This document shows positions 10,032 through 18,996 of a DNA stretch of 64,000 nucleotides, one piece after another; position 1 is the stretch's first letter; the number at the start of each line of letters is the position of its first letter. The position numbers and the translations under genes are program-made. The stretch spans positions 277,540 to 341,539 of the forward strand of contig CAZILS010000001.1 of NCBI GenBank assembly GCA_964540145.1, given 5' to 3'. Under the pieces are notes generated by a model. The model did not search any database, had not been told where the DNA came from, and saw only the letters and a list, made by a program, of their open reading frames with translations. The stretch comes from an uncultured archaeon (lineage in GTDB: Archaea; Iainarchaeota; Iainarchaeia; Iainarchaeales; CAZILS01).

Positions 10032-11078
10032 TCACTCCCTGTTTGGTTCAATTATAACCTTAATCGAGCCTTCCCCCTTTGCAACCAATTCAAACCCTTT
10101 GCCGGTTTCCTCCAAGGGAAGCCTATGGGTAATCATCTTCTTCACATTCACCTTTCCGTTTTCGATAAGCTCGATTGCCTCTGCCAATTCCTCATTCACA
10201 GCCGCATACGATGTGAAGATGCTCACTCCCTTCAGCCACAAATCGCATATGTTCACAGGCAGCTCAACTCCGGGGCCGGTTGGAGCAAAGAAAATCACAT
10301 TCCCTCCCTTGTCCACGCTTGCCAAGGCCTGCTTCGCCGCGCTCACCGCCCCCGCGCAGAGGATAACCAAATCAGCCCCCCTTCCGTTGTTAATTTCCTT
10401 TATTTTTTCGGGAACATTTTCGCCTGCGTTGATAACCTCGTCAGCGCCAAACTTTTTCGCCATCCCCAGTTTAAAATCGCTTATGTCGGTTGCAATAACT
10501 TTGCCCGCCCCATAAACTTTCGCAAGCCGCATATGAAGCAGGCCCGACATGCCGCTTCCCAAAACCGCAACAACATCCCCCTTATTGATGCCGACTTTTT
10601 TCTGTGCCCTTATAACACAGCCCAAAGGCTCGACAAAACTTCCCTCCTCAAAATCCATTTTCTTAGGGAGTTTAATAACTCCCGCCTCGAGGTTGACCGC
10701 AGGAACCCTCACAAACTGCGCAAAACCCCCCGGGTAGAAAGTGGTTGAATGCAAAGTTTCACAGGCAGTGTGCTTCCCGGTCTTGCAATATCGGCAGCCG
10801 TTGCACGGCACATGGTGCGTTACGAAAACCCTGTCCCCTTTTTTGAACTTCTCAATGCCCTTCCCTGCCTCGACAACTTCCCCTGAAATCTCATGCCCAA
10901 GAACTTTCGGGGCTTTCTTTATGCGGTACCATTCCATGACATCGCTGCCGCAGATTCCGCTTGCCATCACTTTGACAAGGAGCTCCCCCTTCCCAATCCC
11001 GGGAATGTCCTGCTCCTCCAAACGCACGTCGCTGTTTGAGTAGTACATTGCGACATGCATCTTCCCCAAAGAAATCAC
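10032..11078 (-). CDS. Zinc-dependent alcohol/polyol dehydrogenase (MDR family)
   Basis: GICGSDV...GHEISGEVVEAG catalytic zinc motif, structural Cys cluster (CNGCRYCKTGKHTAC), and GxGxxG Rossmann motif (VLGSGMSG). Confidence 0.85.
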   Translation of the reverse strand: MISLGKMHVAMYYSNSDVRLEEQDIPGIGKGELLVKVMASGICGSDVMEWYRIKKAPKVLGHEISGEVVEAGKGIEKFKKGDRVFVTHHVPCNGCRYCKTGKHTACETLHSTTFYPGGFAQFVRVPAVNLEAGVIKLPKKMDFEEGSFVEPLGCVIRAQKKVGINKGDVVAVLGSGMSGLLHMRLAKVYGAGKVIATDISDFKLGMAKKFGADEVINAGENVPEKIKEINNGRGADLVILCAGAVSAAKQALASVDKGGNVIFFAPTGPGVELPVNICDLWLKGVSIFTSYAAVNEELAEAIELIENGKVNVKKMITHRLPLEETGKGFELVAKGEGSIKVIIEPNRE

Positions 11079-11902
11079 TTCTTGCCCGCATTAGTGGATT
11101 TATTCTTGTGCTCTTCGTAGATGTCATTTGCTTCCTTTGCGGTGAGGCCCTTGTGGACAATCGCGTTCACAGCCTTGATTTTTGCCGCGGGGAAATCGCT
11201 TTGCCATATGTTCCTTCCCATGTCAACACCTATTGCGCCTGCCTGTATCGCATCATAGGCAAGCTTGAAAGCATCCATTTCCGTTTCGAGCTTTGGCCCG
11301 CCCGCTATAACACAGGGAACCGGGCACTTATCCACGACATTCTCAAAACCATCGCAGTAATAGGTTTTCACAAAATGGGCTCCGTGCTCCGCGGCTATCC
11401 TGCACGCCAAACCCAAATACCTCGCATCTCTTTTCGCAAGTTCCTTTCCGACAGCAGTTACCGCAAGAACAGGCATCCCCACTTCCTCGGCATCATTCAC
11501 AAGCTCCGCAAGGTTCAGGATGCTCTCCCTCTCCCCGGGAGCCCCCACAAACACAGACATCGCAACAGCGGATGCGTTCAGCCTTACGGCATCTTCCATA
11601 GAAGTTGTCAGGCCTTCCTGTGAAAGGTCATCCTTCAATACGCTTGTTCCCCCGGAAACCCTCAGCACCATGGGCTTGTCAATCCCCGTATCGATGCAGT
11701 TCCTTAAAACACCTCTTGTCAGCATCAGCGCATCGGCATCATCAAGCAAAGGCTTTACGGTTTCCCCGGGCTTCTCAAGCTTCGTCATAGGCCCCAAAAA
11801 GTAGCCGTGGTCTATGGCCAACATGACAGTATGCCCTGTCCCAGGTTTTATTATTCTGGAAAGCCTGTTCTTCAATCCCCAACCCATTATTCCACCTCGC
11901 AT
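11075..11902 (-). CDS. DhnA/FbaB/LsrF-type class I aldolase family protein
   Basis: LAIDHGYFLGP motif, a VKTYY region and a GGPK region typical of the DeoC/FbaB aldolase superfamily. It overlaps the dehydrogenase start by 4 nt. Substrate is unknown. Confidence 0.75.
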   Translation of the reverse strand: MRGGIMGWGLKNRLSRIIKPGTGHTVMLAIDHGYFLGPMTKLEKPGETVKPLLDDADALMLTRGVLRNCIDTGIDKPMVLRVSGGTSVLKDDLSQEGLTTSMEDAVRLNASAVAMSVFVGAPGERESILNLAELVNDAEEVGMPVLAVTAVGKELAKRDARYLGLACRIAAEHGAHFVKTYYCDGFENVVDKCPVPCVIAGGPKLETEMDAFKLAYDAIQAGAIGVDMGRNIWQSDFPAAKIKAVNAIVHKGLTAKEANDIYEEHKNKSTNAGKK

Positions 11903-11966
11903 TATACAAAATCTAAAAAAATATATAAACCAAATCCCTAAAAACCCCCCCCTCTATTACAAGTAT

Positions 11967-12722
11967 ATGGACCTTTTCCAGGCGATAATTCTGGGCATCT
12001 TTCAGGGCATCTTCGAATGGCTCCCTGTCAGCAGCCAGGGGCAGATAGCGGCAATAGCAGTCTCTTTCTTCGGCATCCCTGCAGATGAGGCGTTAGGCTA
12101 CGCAATCTTCCTGCACATAGGCACTTTGATTGCGGCAGCAGCCTACTTCAGGAAAGAATTGTCGGAAATGGCCCTCGGAAAGGACCGCAAAGCAAGGAAT
12201 TTTATTTTACTCGCGGTTGTTGCAACGGGAATCACCGCTATCCCCTCCTACCTCCTTCTGAAATCGATTCCCCTCACAGGCTTCGCCCTCCTCATCCTAA
12301 TCGCGGTTTTGCTTTTCGTGACGGGCTTTTTGCAGAAGGTAAAATCCAAAAACACAAACCCCGAACTCACAAAAAAGAATTCAGTTATCCTTGGGCTTGC
12401 GCAGGGCTTCTCGGTTTTGCCGGGAATAAGCAGGAGCGGAGTTACAACCGCGGCTTTGCTCCTCGAGGGATTCTCCCCCGAAAGGGCATTCCGCATAAGC
12501 TTCCTTCTCAGTGTTCCCTCCGTCCTGATAGGGGAGATGGCATTCTCAATCCTCGAGCCGATAACATTCGACCTTTCGGCTTTGGTTGCGCTGCTCTTCG
12601 CCTTCGCCTTCGGCTACCTTTCGATAGCGGCGCTGCTTAACTTCGCAAGGGCGATTAATTTCTCGCTGTTCTGCTGGGCGTTTGGAATCCTCTACCTATT
12701 AATAGCCTTCCTCTCAATATGA
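11967..12722 (+). CDS. uppP: Undecaprenyl-diphosphate phosphatase (BacA/UppP)
   Basis: ORF 11814..12722. I moved the start to ATG 11967 (MDLFQAIILGIFQGIFEWLPVSSQG), which is the canonical UppP N-terminus. PGISRSG motif is present. Confidence 0.85.
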   Translation: MDLFQAIILGIFQGIFEWLPVSSQGQIAAIAVSFFGIPADEALGYAIFLHIGTLIAAAAYFRKELSEMALGKDRKARNFILLAVVATGITAIPSYLLLKSIPLTGFALLILIAVLLFVTGFLQKVKSKNTNPELTKKNSVILGLAQGFSVLPGISRSGVTTAALLLEGFSPERAFRISFLLSVPSVLIGEMAFSILEPITFDLSALVALLFAFAFGYLSIAALLNFARAINFSLFCWAFGILYLLIAFLSI

Positions 12723-12726
12723 TTGC

Positions 12727-13710
12727 ATGCCGAACGCAGGGTTTGCCAAGGCTTGCCGTGATTCAGTGGTGGAAGCCATACTTCCCCTAATAGAGGGGCT
12801 TGAGTTCAACTCGTTTGGCCTTGGGATGCGCTGCAAGGAAGAGAAGAGAGACGAACTTAGAAAAACCCTGCAGAAGGAAGTTGTCCTCGCGCTGCAGGAA
12901 AAAACCGGCAAGAAAATCGTAACCGAAAGCCCGGACATTTTCATCACAATTGACTTGCCAAGGAGCCTTGTCATGGTTAATTTAATGCCTGCCTATGTTT
13001 CAGGCCGCTATAACAAACTTGAAAGGGGCCTCGCCCAAACAATCCACTACTGCTTCCGATGCGGGGGGAGGGGATGCGATGATTGCTCCTACACAGGGAA
13101 AACCGGCATGCATTCTGTCCAGGAAATTGTGTCAAAACCCGCGCTTAAATTCTTCTCCGCTTCCTCCACAAAATTACACGGCCAGGGAAGGGAGGACGGG
13201 GATGTCCTCATGCTCGGCAAAGGCAGGCCTTTTGTCCTTGAGTTGGTTGAGCCGGAGAAAAGAAATGTTGGCCTGAAAAAACTGGAGAAAGAAATCAACA
13301 GGGACAAGAGAGTTAAAGTCCGTGATTTCCAATTCTGCGAGAAGAAGGAAATCGCGAGGATAAAGGAACTCAAGACCGATAAGGTTTACCTCGCCATTAT
13401 TGAGTGCGAGGGTGAGCTCCCTGAAAAGGAATTAAAGAAACTCGAAAACCAAACACTTGAAATTATCCAGAAAACTCCTTTACGAGTTGTGAAAAGGCGC
13501 GCCGACCTTGAGAGGAAAAGGAAGGTCCGGCTTTCCGGGGTTAAACCTCTTTCCAAGAACACATTCTCCATTGAGGTAAGGGCGGGAGCGGGCCTTTACA
13601 TAAAAGAATTAATAACCGGGGATGGGGGAAGGACCTCCCCAAGTATTTCCTCGCTGCTTGGGAAGCCATGCAAGTGCACGCAGTTGGATGTCAGAGAAAT
13701 CTGCGAATGA
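12727..13710 (+). CDS. pus10: tRNA pseudouridine-54/55 synthase Pus10 (short N-terminal region)
   Basis: Zn ribbon CFRCGGRGCDDC, catalytic-Asp motif GREDGDVLMLGKGRPFVLEL, and C-terminal KELITGDGGRTSPS. At 327 aa it is shorter than the ~430 aa I recall for characterised archaeal Pus10. Confidence 0.85.
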   Translation: MPNAGFAKACRDSVVEAILPLIEGLEFNSFGLGMRCKEEKRDELRKTLQKEVVLALQEKTGKKIVTESPDIFITIDLPRSLVMVNLMPAYVSGRYNKLERGLAQTIHYCFRCGGRGCDDCSYTGKTGMHSVQEIVSKPALKFFSASSTKLHGQGREDGDVLMLGKGRPFVLELVEPEKRNVGLKKLEKEINRDKRVKVRDFQFCEKKEIARIKELKTDKVYLAIIECEGELPEKELKKLENQTLEIIQKTPLRVVKRRADLERKRKVRLSGVKPLSKNTFSIEVRAGAGLYIKELITGDGGRTSPSISSLLGKPCKCTQLDVREICE

Positions 13711-13734
13711 GCGTTTTTTAACCACTTACAACAC

Positions 13735-14052
13735 ATGTCTGTTATGGCGTACACCTTCACCGGCATCGATATCCTTTTTGTGTTCCTCGTTGTTCACTTC
13801 ACATCCGACTATTTCAAGCTCTACCAAAAAACAACATACATAGACATCGTAACCCACTTCATTGGCGGGCTTGCCCTCGGTTTTTTCATCAAGGATTTCA
13901 CCTTTGCATTTGTCCTGCTCATCGCATGGGAGGCTTTGGAAGTTTTGCTTATCCGCAGGGGCAGCGAAAAGTTCAAGGAAACCTGGCAGAACAAGGTGCG
14001 GGATTTGTTCGCGGGTTTTGCGGGCTGGCTCCTTATGTCCGGGGTGTTTTAG
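13735..14052 (+). CDS. Hypothetical small membrane protein
   Basis: 105 aa with 3 to 4 hydrophobic helices. No family recognised. Confidence 0.5.
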   Translation: MSVMAYTFTGIDILFVFLVVHFTSDYFKLYQKTTYIDIVTHFIGGLALGFFIKDFTFAFVLLIAWEALEVLLIRRGSEKFKETWQNKVRDLFAGFAGWLLMSGVF

Positions 14053-14061
14053 CGCAGCAGC

Positions 14062-15864
14062 CTAGAATATGCCCTCAAGCAGTTTTTTTACCAGCTCGGC
14101 CTTCATGCTTTCCGGCTCTGTCCTGATGTTCACCGCAAACCTGAGGAAGTTCCCGAAGTTGATATTTTCCACATTGTTGATAATGTTCATGAGGTCATCC
14201 AGCGGCATAATCAAGCCTAAGTCCGCATTGTCATACAAGCCATCCCTAACCTTCACAATAAACCCGTTTTCTATGTCCACCTTCAGGTTTATCGTCCTGC
14301 TGTTCACTTCATCCTCGACCTTGAAGTTAACCTTATCCATGCCCCCAAACAGGGTTTGGAACAAAGGATTGGAGTTCAGGAAACTCACGATTGCCTCCGC
14401 ATCCAAACCATACTCCTCAGCGACATCGCTTTCCACTATTCTTCCCGCAGGGCCGGGCTCTTCTTCTTGAGGGGGCTCTTCCCCCGGCTCTGTTTCCTCA
14501 TCTTCCTCTTCTTCAGGAGCAGGCTCAATTTCTATATCTGAAAATACATACTCTCTCGCACAACCCATAGAATCAAACACCTTGTCTTTCTCCTCTCCTC
14601 TAAGTTCAAACTCTTCATCGACGCAGGTCATAGTCATCGCATAAGTCAGATAATTGCAGTATTCAAGTTTTGTCACAGCCTTTACCACATACTCATCCCG
14701 GTAGCCAAAAGAATATTCAAGCAACTCCTCCCCATCTGAACTTTCAAGGCCGTAAGTATTATTGGTTCTGAACTCGTTCTCAAGCCACTCGTACATGGAA
14801 TCCTTGGGAGTGTTATACTTGCTCAGGGTGAAGCTGCAGCTCCCCCTGTTAACCGCCTTGACAGTCTCCACTTCCCGATTTGCGGCAGCAGCCCACTCAG
14901 GCATCCTAACTGAGAAGTCTTCCTGCCTGAACAAAGCATAGGTAGTAGGTTTCTCTTCTTCGATGAGAGGCTCCTCATACGCCCTAAGACACGAGAGTGA
15001 AGACAATGCTCTTTCCATTACCTCTCCCTTGATGCCAAAATCTTTCTCAGAGCAGGCAACAACTGCCCTATATGTCTTGCCGTTGCAGTAAACCATCCGC
15101 ATCTTGACAAGGCTTTCCCCTGTCTCAAAGTCTATCTCCAAATCACCCTCATCATAAGTTGCACCTACCACGCCAGGAGCATTCTCAAGGTAGGCTTTGC
15201 TGTGTTCAAAAAAACCAGTTGCCGTTGCATCATACGCATCTACGGAAACCAAGCAGCTTCCTTCCCTCACCGCAAACAAAGTCTCATCATGATATTCTGC
15301 TTTGCTCTCCTGCCATTCAGGATATTCCATAACAAGGTCCTCTTCCTTAAAGCCGGAATACTCCTGCGCCTCTATGTCCTCTTGCCCATACTCATCCATG
15401 CTCTTTGAGCATTCCGCACTCGCTAGGAAACTGTCCATAACTTCCTTCTCTTTTAGTTCCTGTGGGCAAGAGAATGAGGCGGTGTATGTCTTCCTGTTGC
15501 AGTAAACAAGTTTCAGTTTTGAGTACAAGGGAGTTCCCTCATAGGGCATGACATACTCGGCAGTTAAGTTACTCTTATCCTTTGAGACAAGTTCTGCATC
15601 TTCCGCACTTTCCATGTTCTTTACTATCGCATCGAAGAAGCCATCTGCATCCATATCAACAGTGCTTACAATAACCACGCATTCCCTAAGGACCTTTACC
15701 TTCTCATTGTCGTTCTTGTCTTCCATCTCTGCCCAATCAGGATACTTTACAGAGTAATCCCCTTCCTCAAACTCCAGGAACTCAGTTGCCTTGCCCGGAT
15801 CCTCAGCACACCCGCCGAGCATAACCCCCGCCAACAGCACCAGAACAATCAATATTCGCTTCAT
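14062..15864 (-). CDS. Secreted lipoprotein with three ~125-aa Cys-containing tandem domains, an acidic linker and a C-terminal globular domain
   Basis: Signal/lipobox MKRILIVLVLLAGVMLGGC. There are three internal repeats, each with (Y/M)P(D/E)W...C...(V/E)YCNxxTY...C...C. These are followed by an EPAPEEEEDEETEPGEEPPQEEEPG linker. Confidence 0.7.
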   Translation of the reverse strand: MKRILIVLVLLAGVMLGGCAEDPGKATEFLEFEEGDYSVKYPDWAEMEDKNDNEKVKVLRECVVIVSTVDMDADGFFDAIVKNMESAEDAELVSKDKSNLTAEYVMPYEGTPLYSKLKLVYCNRKTYTASFSCPQELKEKEVMDSFLASAECSKSMDEYGQEDIEAQEYSGFKEEDLVMEYPEWQESKAEYHDETLFAVREGSCLVSVDAYDATATGFFEHSKAYLENAPGVVGATYDEGDLEIDFETGESLVKMRMVYCNGKTYRAVVACSEKDFGIKGEVMERALSSLSCLRAYEEPLIEEEKPTTYALFRQEDFSVRMPEWAAAANREVETVKAVNRGSCSFTLSKYNTPKDSMYEWLENEFRTNNTYGLESSDGEELLEYSFGYRDEYVVKAVTKLEYCNYLTYAMTMTCVDEEFELRGEEKDKVFDSMGCAREYVFSDIEIEPAPEEEEDEETEPGEEPPQEEEPGPAGRIVESDVAEEYGLDAEAIVSFLNSNPLFQTLFGGMDKVNFKVEDEVNSRTINLKVDIENGFIVKVRDGLYDNADLGLIMPLDDLMNIINNVENINFGNFLRFAVNIRTEPESMKAELVKKLLEGIF

Positions 15865-15927
15865 CTAATCGCTAATATTATGTCGAAGTAGTAATAAAAT
15901 AGAGCGCCCTTAGGCTCCCAAAAGAAA

Positions 15928-15999
15928 CGCCCCAGGCGGGAATCGAACCCGCCTCTCAGCCTCGACAGGGCTGCATCCTAGCCGATAGACTACTGGGGC
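15928..15999 (-). tRNA. tRNA-Asp (GUC)
   Basis: Minus strand GCCCCAG-TA-GTCT-ATCGGCTA-GGAT-G-CAGCC-CTGTCGA-GGCTG-AGAG-GCGGG-TTCGATT-CCCGC-CTGGGGC-G. The full cloverleaf was folded by hand. No encoded CCA. Confidence 0.9.
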
Positions 16000-16040
16000 A
16001 TAAACCAATAACTAATTAGGGACTGCTAACCTTTTTTAAC

Positions 16041-18737
16041 CTATTTCTTGTTTTCTGCCCTGCCTGCCGGCTTCCTTTTCCCGAGCATACCCTCGATAGG
16101 CCCCGCAATGTAGGGGACGGCTATTGAGACGAGCGCCCCTGTCGCAAGCAGCCCGAGCTCAAGGCCCGAGAGGGGCGCGGTCCCGAAAATTTCCTGCATG
16201 AACGGCAGGTAGATTGCCGCAAGCTGCAGCAGGAAGGATGCTATAACTGCCATGACAAGGGGGCGGTTGCCGAAGGGGTTCAGTTGCAATGCGGTCTTGT
16301 TCTCCTCCCTGCAGCTGAAAACAAACGCAAGCTCGAAGAACACAATCATGCTGAACACCATCGTCCTTGCCTTGCTCGGCAGGTCGGTGTCGCCGAGATC
16401 CACCCCTGCCGCAGCATCCAGGCCCATGCCGTAGGCAAAGGCTCCCCAACAGAGGATGGTGAGCAAAAGCGTTGCGCAGAGTATGAAAACAAGGAACTTG
16501 CCGAACATGTCCTCGTTTTTCGGCCTCGGGCCTCTCTTCATTATCCCTCTTTCCGCCTTCTCCGTACCGAGCGCGAGTGCGGGAAGCGAATCCGTAACGA
16601 GGTTTATCCAGAGTATCTGGAGCGGGAGCAGGGGCAGGGGGAATCCCATGAGAACAACGCTCCCCACAACCGCAATCTCGCCGAAGTTCGCCGCGAGCAT
16701 GTACTTTATGAATGATTTTATGTTTTGGTATATCCTCCTGCCTTCCGCTATCGCGCTGACGATTGTCGCGAAATTGTCGTCCTTGAGTATTACGTCCGCG
16801 GCACCCTTGCTTACCTCTGTCCCCTTTATCCCCATGGCTATGCCGATGTCAGATTTCTTCAGCGCAGGGGCATCGTTCACCCCGTCCCCGGTAACTCCCA
16901 CCACTTCCCCCATCTCCTGGAGGAGTGTAACAATCCTGTGCTTGTGCTTGGGGTCGGCTCTCGCAAAGATGGAAACTGCGGGGAGAATAAGTTTGAGCTC
17001 CTCGTCGGGCATATTTTCAAGTTCGCTCCCGGTGATTATCCTGCCTGCCTTAAGCCCGACCGCCCCGGCGATTGCCTTCGCCGTGACAGGGTTGTCCCCG
17101 GTTATTATCTTCACGGAGATGCCCGCGGAAACAGCCTCCCTTATCGCCCCCTTCACCTCCTTGCGCGGGGGGTCGAGAAGCGCCACCATCCCGAGCAGCA
17201 CGAGGTTCTTCTCTCTTATGGAAGGCTCGCCCCCGGCGTCCTTATAGGCGACCGCAAGCATCCTGTATGCCTCGCCGGCGAGCGAGTCTGCCTTATCCAT
17301 CAGTTCCCTCTTTCTCTTTCCGGTGAGTTTCTCCTCCTTCCCGGAAACGAGCTCCCTGTCGCACACCCCCAGCACATTCTCCGGCGCCCCTTTAAGGAAT
17401 ATGACGCTGCCCCCGTCCTTCTTGTGGAGCGTGGACATCATTTTCCTCTCCGAGGAGAAGGGAATCTCGGCCAGCCTGTTTTCGAGCGGCTCCACCCCGG
17501 CCTTCTCCGCAAGCACCTTCAGGCAGATTTCTGTCGGGTCGCCGATTATGTTCTGCGCCTTCCCTTCCTCACCAAACTCTATAATCGCGTCGTTGCAGCT
17601 CGCGGCCGCCACCGCAAGCTTCCTCATCGCCTCGTTGCCGCTCTCCTTGCCGCGATAGAGCACCCTGCCATCTGCGCCGTACCCCCGGCCCTCGACCTCG
17701 AATTCCTTGCCGTCGGCAATAACCTTCTTCACAGTCATCTCGTTAAGTGTCAATGTCCCAGTTTTGTCCGAGCATATGACGGTCGCCGATCCCAGCGATT
17801 CTATCACAGCCATCTTCCTGACGATTGCGTCTTTCCTCGCCATCGCCTGCACCCCCAATGCAAGGGTTATCGTAACGACAACAGGAAGGCCTTCCGGAAT
17901 CGCCGCAACCGCCAGCGAAACGCTAAGCATGAACATCTCGAGGAGGTCTATACCCTCGCTTGCCCCAGCCACGAAAAGGACCGCAATCAGCCCGAGGATA
18001 AGCATCCCGAGCTTCTTCCCGAACTGTTCCATCCTCTTGTTGAGAAGCAGCTCAGAGGCCTGCTCTTCCGTTATCATCTCGGCTATGCTCCCGAATTCGG
18101 TCTTCATCCCTGTCCTAACGACAACGCCGGTTGCTTTCCCCCTCACGACAAGGGTGTTCGCGAAAAGCATGTTTCTCCTGTCCGCCACGGGGGTCTCGCT
18201 TTCCATCGCCTCGGCATTCTTGCTCGCCGGAACACTTTCTCCGGTGAGCATGCTCTCGTCCGCGCTCACGGAAAACGCCCTTATTATCCTCATGTCCGCC
18301 GGGACCTTGTCCCCCTCCCTCAGCACAACGATGTCCCCCGGGACTATCTCTTCCGCATTGACCTCCTGTTCTTTCCCGCCCCTCACAACGACGGTCTTGA
18401 GCACCACCATCTCCTTCAGCGCCTTGAGCGCTTTCTCCGCCTTGTACTCCTGGGCGAAGCCGAGCACCGCATTGATAAGGAGTATGGCGAATATCGCGGC
18501 GGCGTCCAGCTGTTCCCCCACGAGGAACGCCACGGTCGCGGCAATGAAAAGTATGTAAACGAGGAAGGACCTGAACTGGTCCACGAATATCTTCAGGAGC
18601 GAGGTCCCCTTCCCCTGCTCTATGGAGTTCTTGCCGAAGGTCTCCAGCCTCTTTTTGGCTTCCTTGGCGGAAAGGCCGTCCCGTGAGCTGTCCAAATCCG
18701 CGAGGACCTTCTCAACGCTCTCGGTATAGGGGCGCAT
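16041..18737 (-). CDS. P-type cation-transporting ATPase (type IIA, Ca2+-ATPase-like)
   Basis: 898 aa. Contains the CSDKTGTLT phosphorylation motif, TGES, TGDNPVTA, GDGVNDAPAL, and the PEGLP motif in M4. Confidence 0.9.
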   Translation of the reverse strand: MRPYTESVEKVLADLDSSRDGLSAKEAKKRLETFGKNSIEQGKGTSLLKIFVDQFRSFLVYILFIAATVAFLVGEQLDAAAIFAILLINAVLGFAQEYKAEKALKALKEMVVLKTVVVRGGKEQEVNAEEIVPGDIVVLREGDKVPADMRIIRAFSVSADESMLTGESVPASKNAEAMESETPVADRRNMLFANTLVVRGKATGVVVRTGMKTEFGSIAEMITEEQASELLLNKRMEQFGKKLGMLILGLIAVLFVAGASEGIDLLEMFMLSVSLAVAAIPEGLPVVVTITLALGVQAMARKDAIVRKMAVIESLGSATVICSDKTGTLTLNEMTVKKVIADGKEFEVEGRGYGADGRVLYRGKESGNEAMRKLAVAAASCNDAIIEFGEEGKAQNIIGDPTEICLKVLAEKAGVEPLENRLAEIPFSSERKMMSTLHKKDGGSVIFLKGAPENVLGVCDRELVSGKEEKLTGKRKRELMDKADSLAGEAYRMLAVAYKDAGGEPSIREKNLVLLGMVALLDPPRKEVKGAIREAVSAGISVKIITGDNPVTAKAIAGAVGLKAGRIITGSELENMPDEELKLILPAVSIFARADPKHKHRIVTLLQEMGEVVGVTGDGVNDAPALKKSDIGIAMGIKGTEVSKGAADVILKDDNFATIVSAIAEGRRIYQNIKSFIKYMLAANFGEIAVVGSVVLMGFPLPLLPLQILWINLVTDSLPALALGTEKAERGIMKRGPRPKNEDMFGKFLVFILCATLLLTILCWGAFAYGMGLDAAAGVDLGDTDLPSKARTMVFSMIVFFELAFVFSCREENKTALQLNPFGNRPLVMAVIASFLLQLAAIYLPFMQEIFGTAPLSGLELGLLATGALVSIAVPYIAGPIEGMLGKRKPAGRAENKK

Positions 18738-18996
18738 GCTATCTATTACTCCCTTATCTAATAAAAGAATTGGTTTTTCAGAGCAAGGATTATAGATGTC
18801 CCGAGAGGATATTTATCATGGCAAAACCAAAGTCCCCGAAAAAGAAGGTGCACCTTGTTTTCCAGTCGCATCCGGGAGGAGAGCCCTACCTGAGGAAAAA
18901 ACCCGGGGAAGGGGGTAAGGTGCACATATCGGAGAAGGCGGCAGGGTGGTCCCATGGAAAGACCGTAAGGAAAGAGGCAAGGCCGAGGAAAACCGC

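Noticed and set aside
16725-18686. 653-aa plus-strand ORF, the longest plus-strand ORF in this region
   Set aside because: It is entirely antisense to the well-supported P-type ATPase gene. Its translation is Arg/Pro/His-rich low-complexity sequence with no motifs, which is a typical shadow ORF of a GC-rich gene. The same reasoning applies to most other antisense ORFs in the track.
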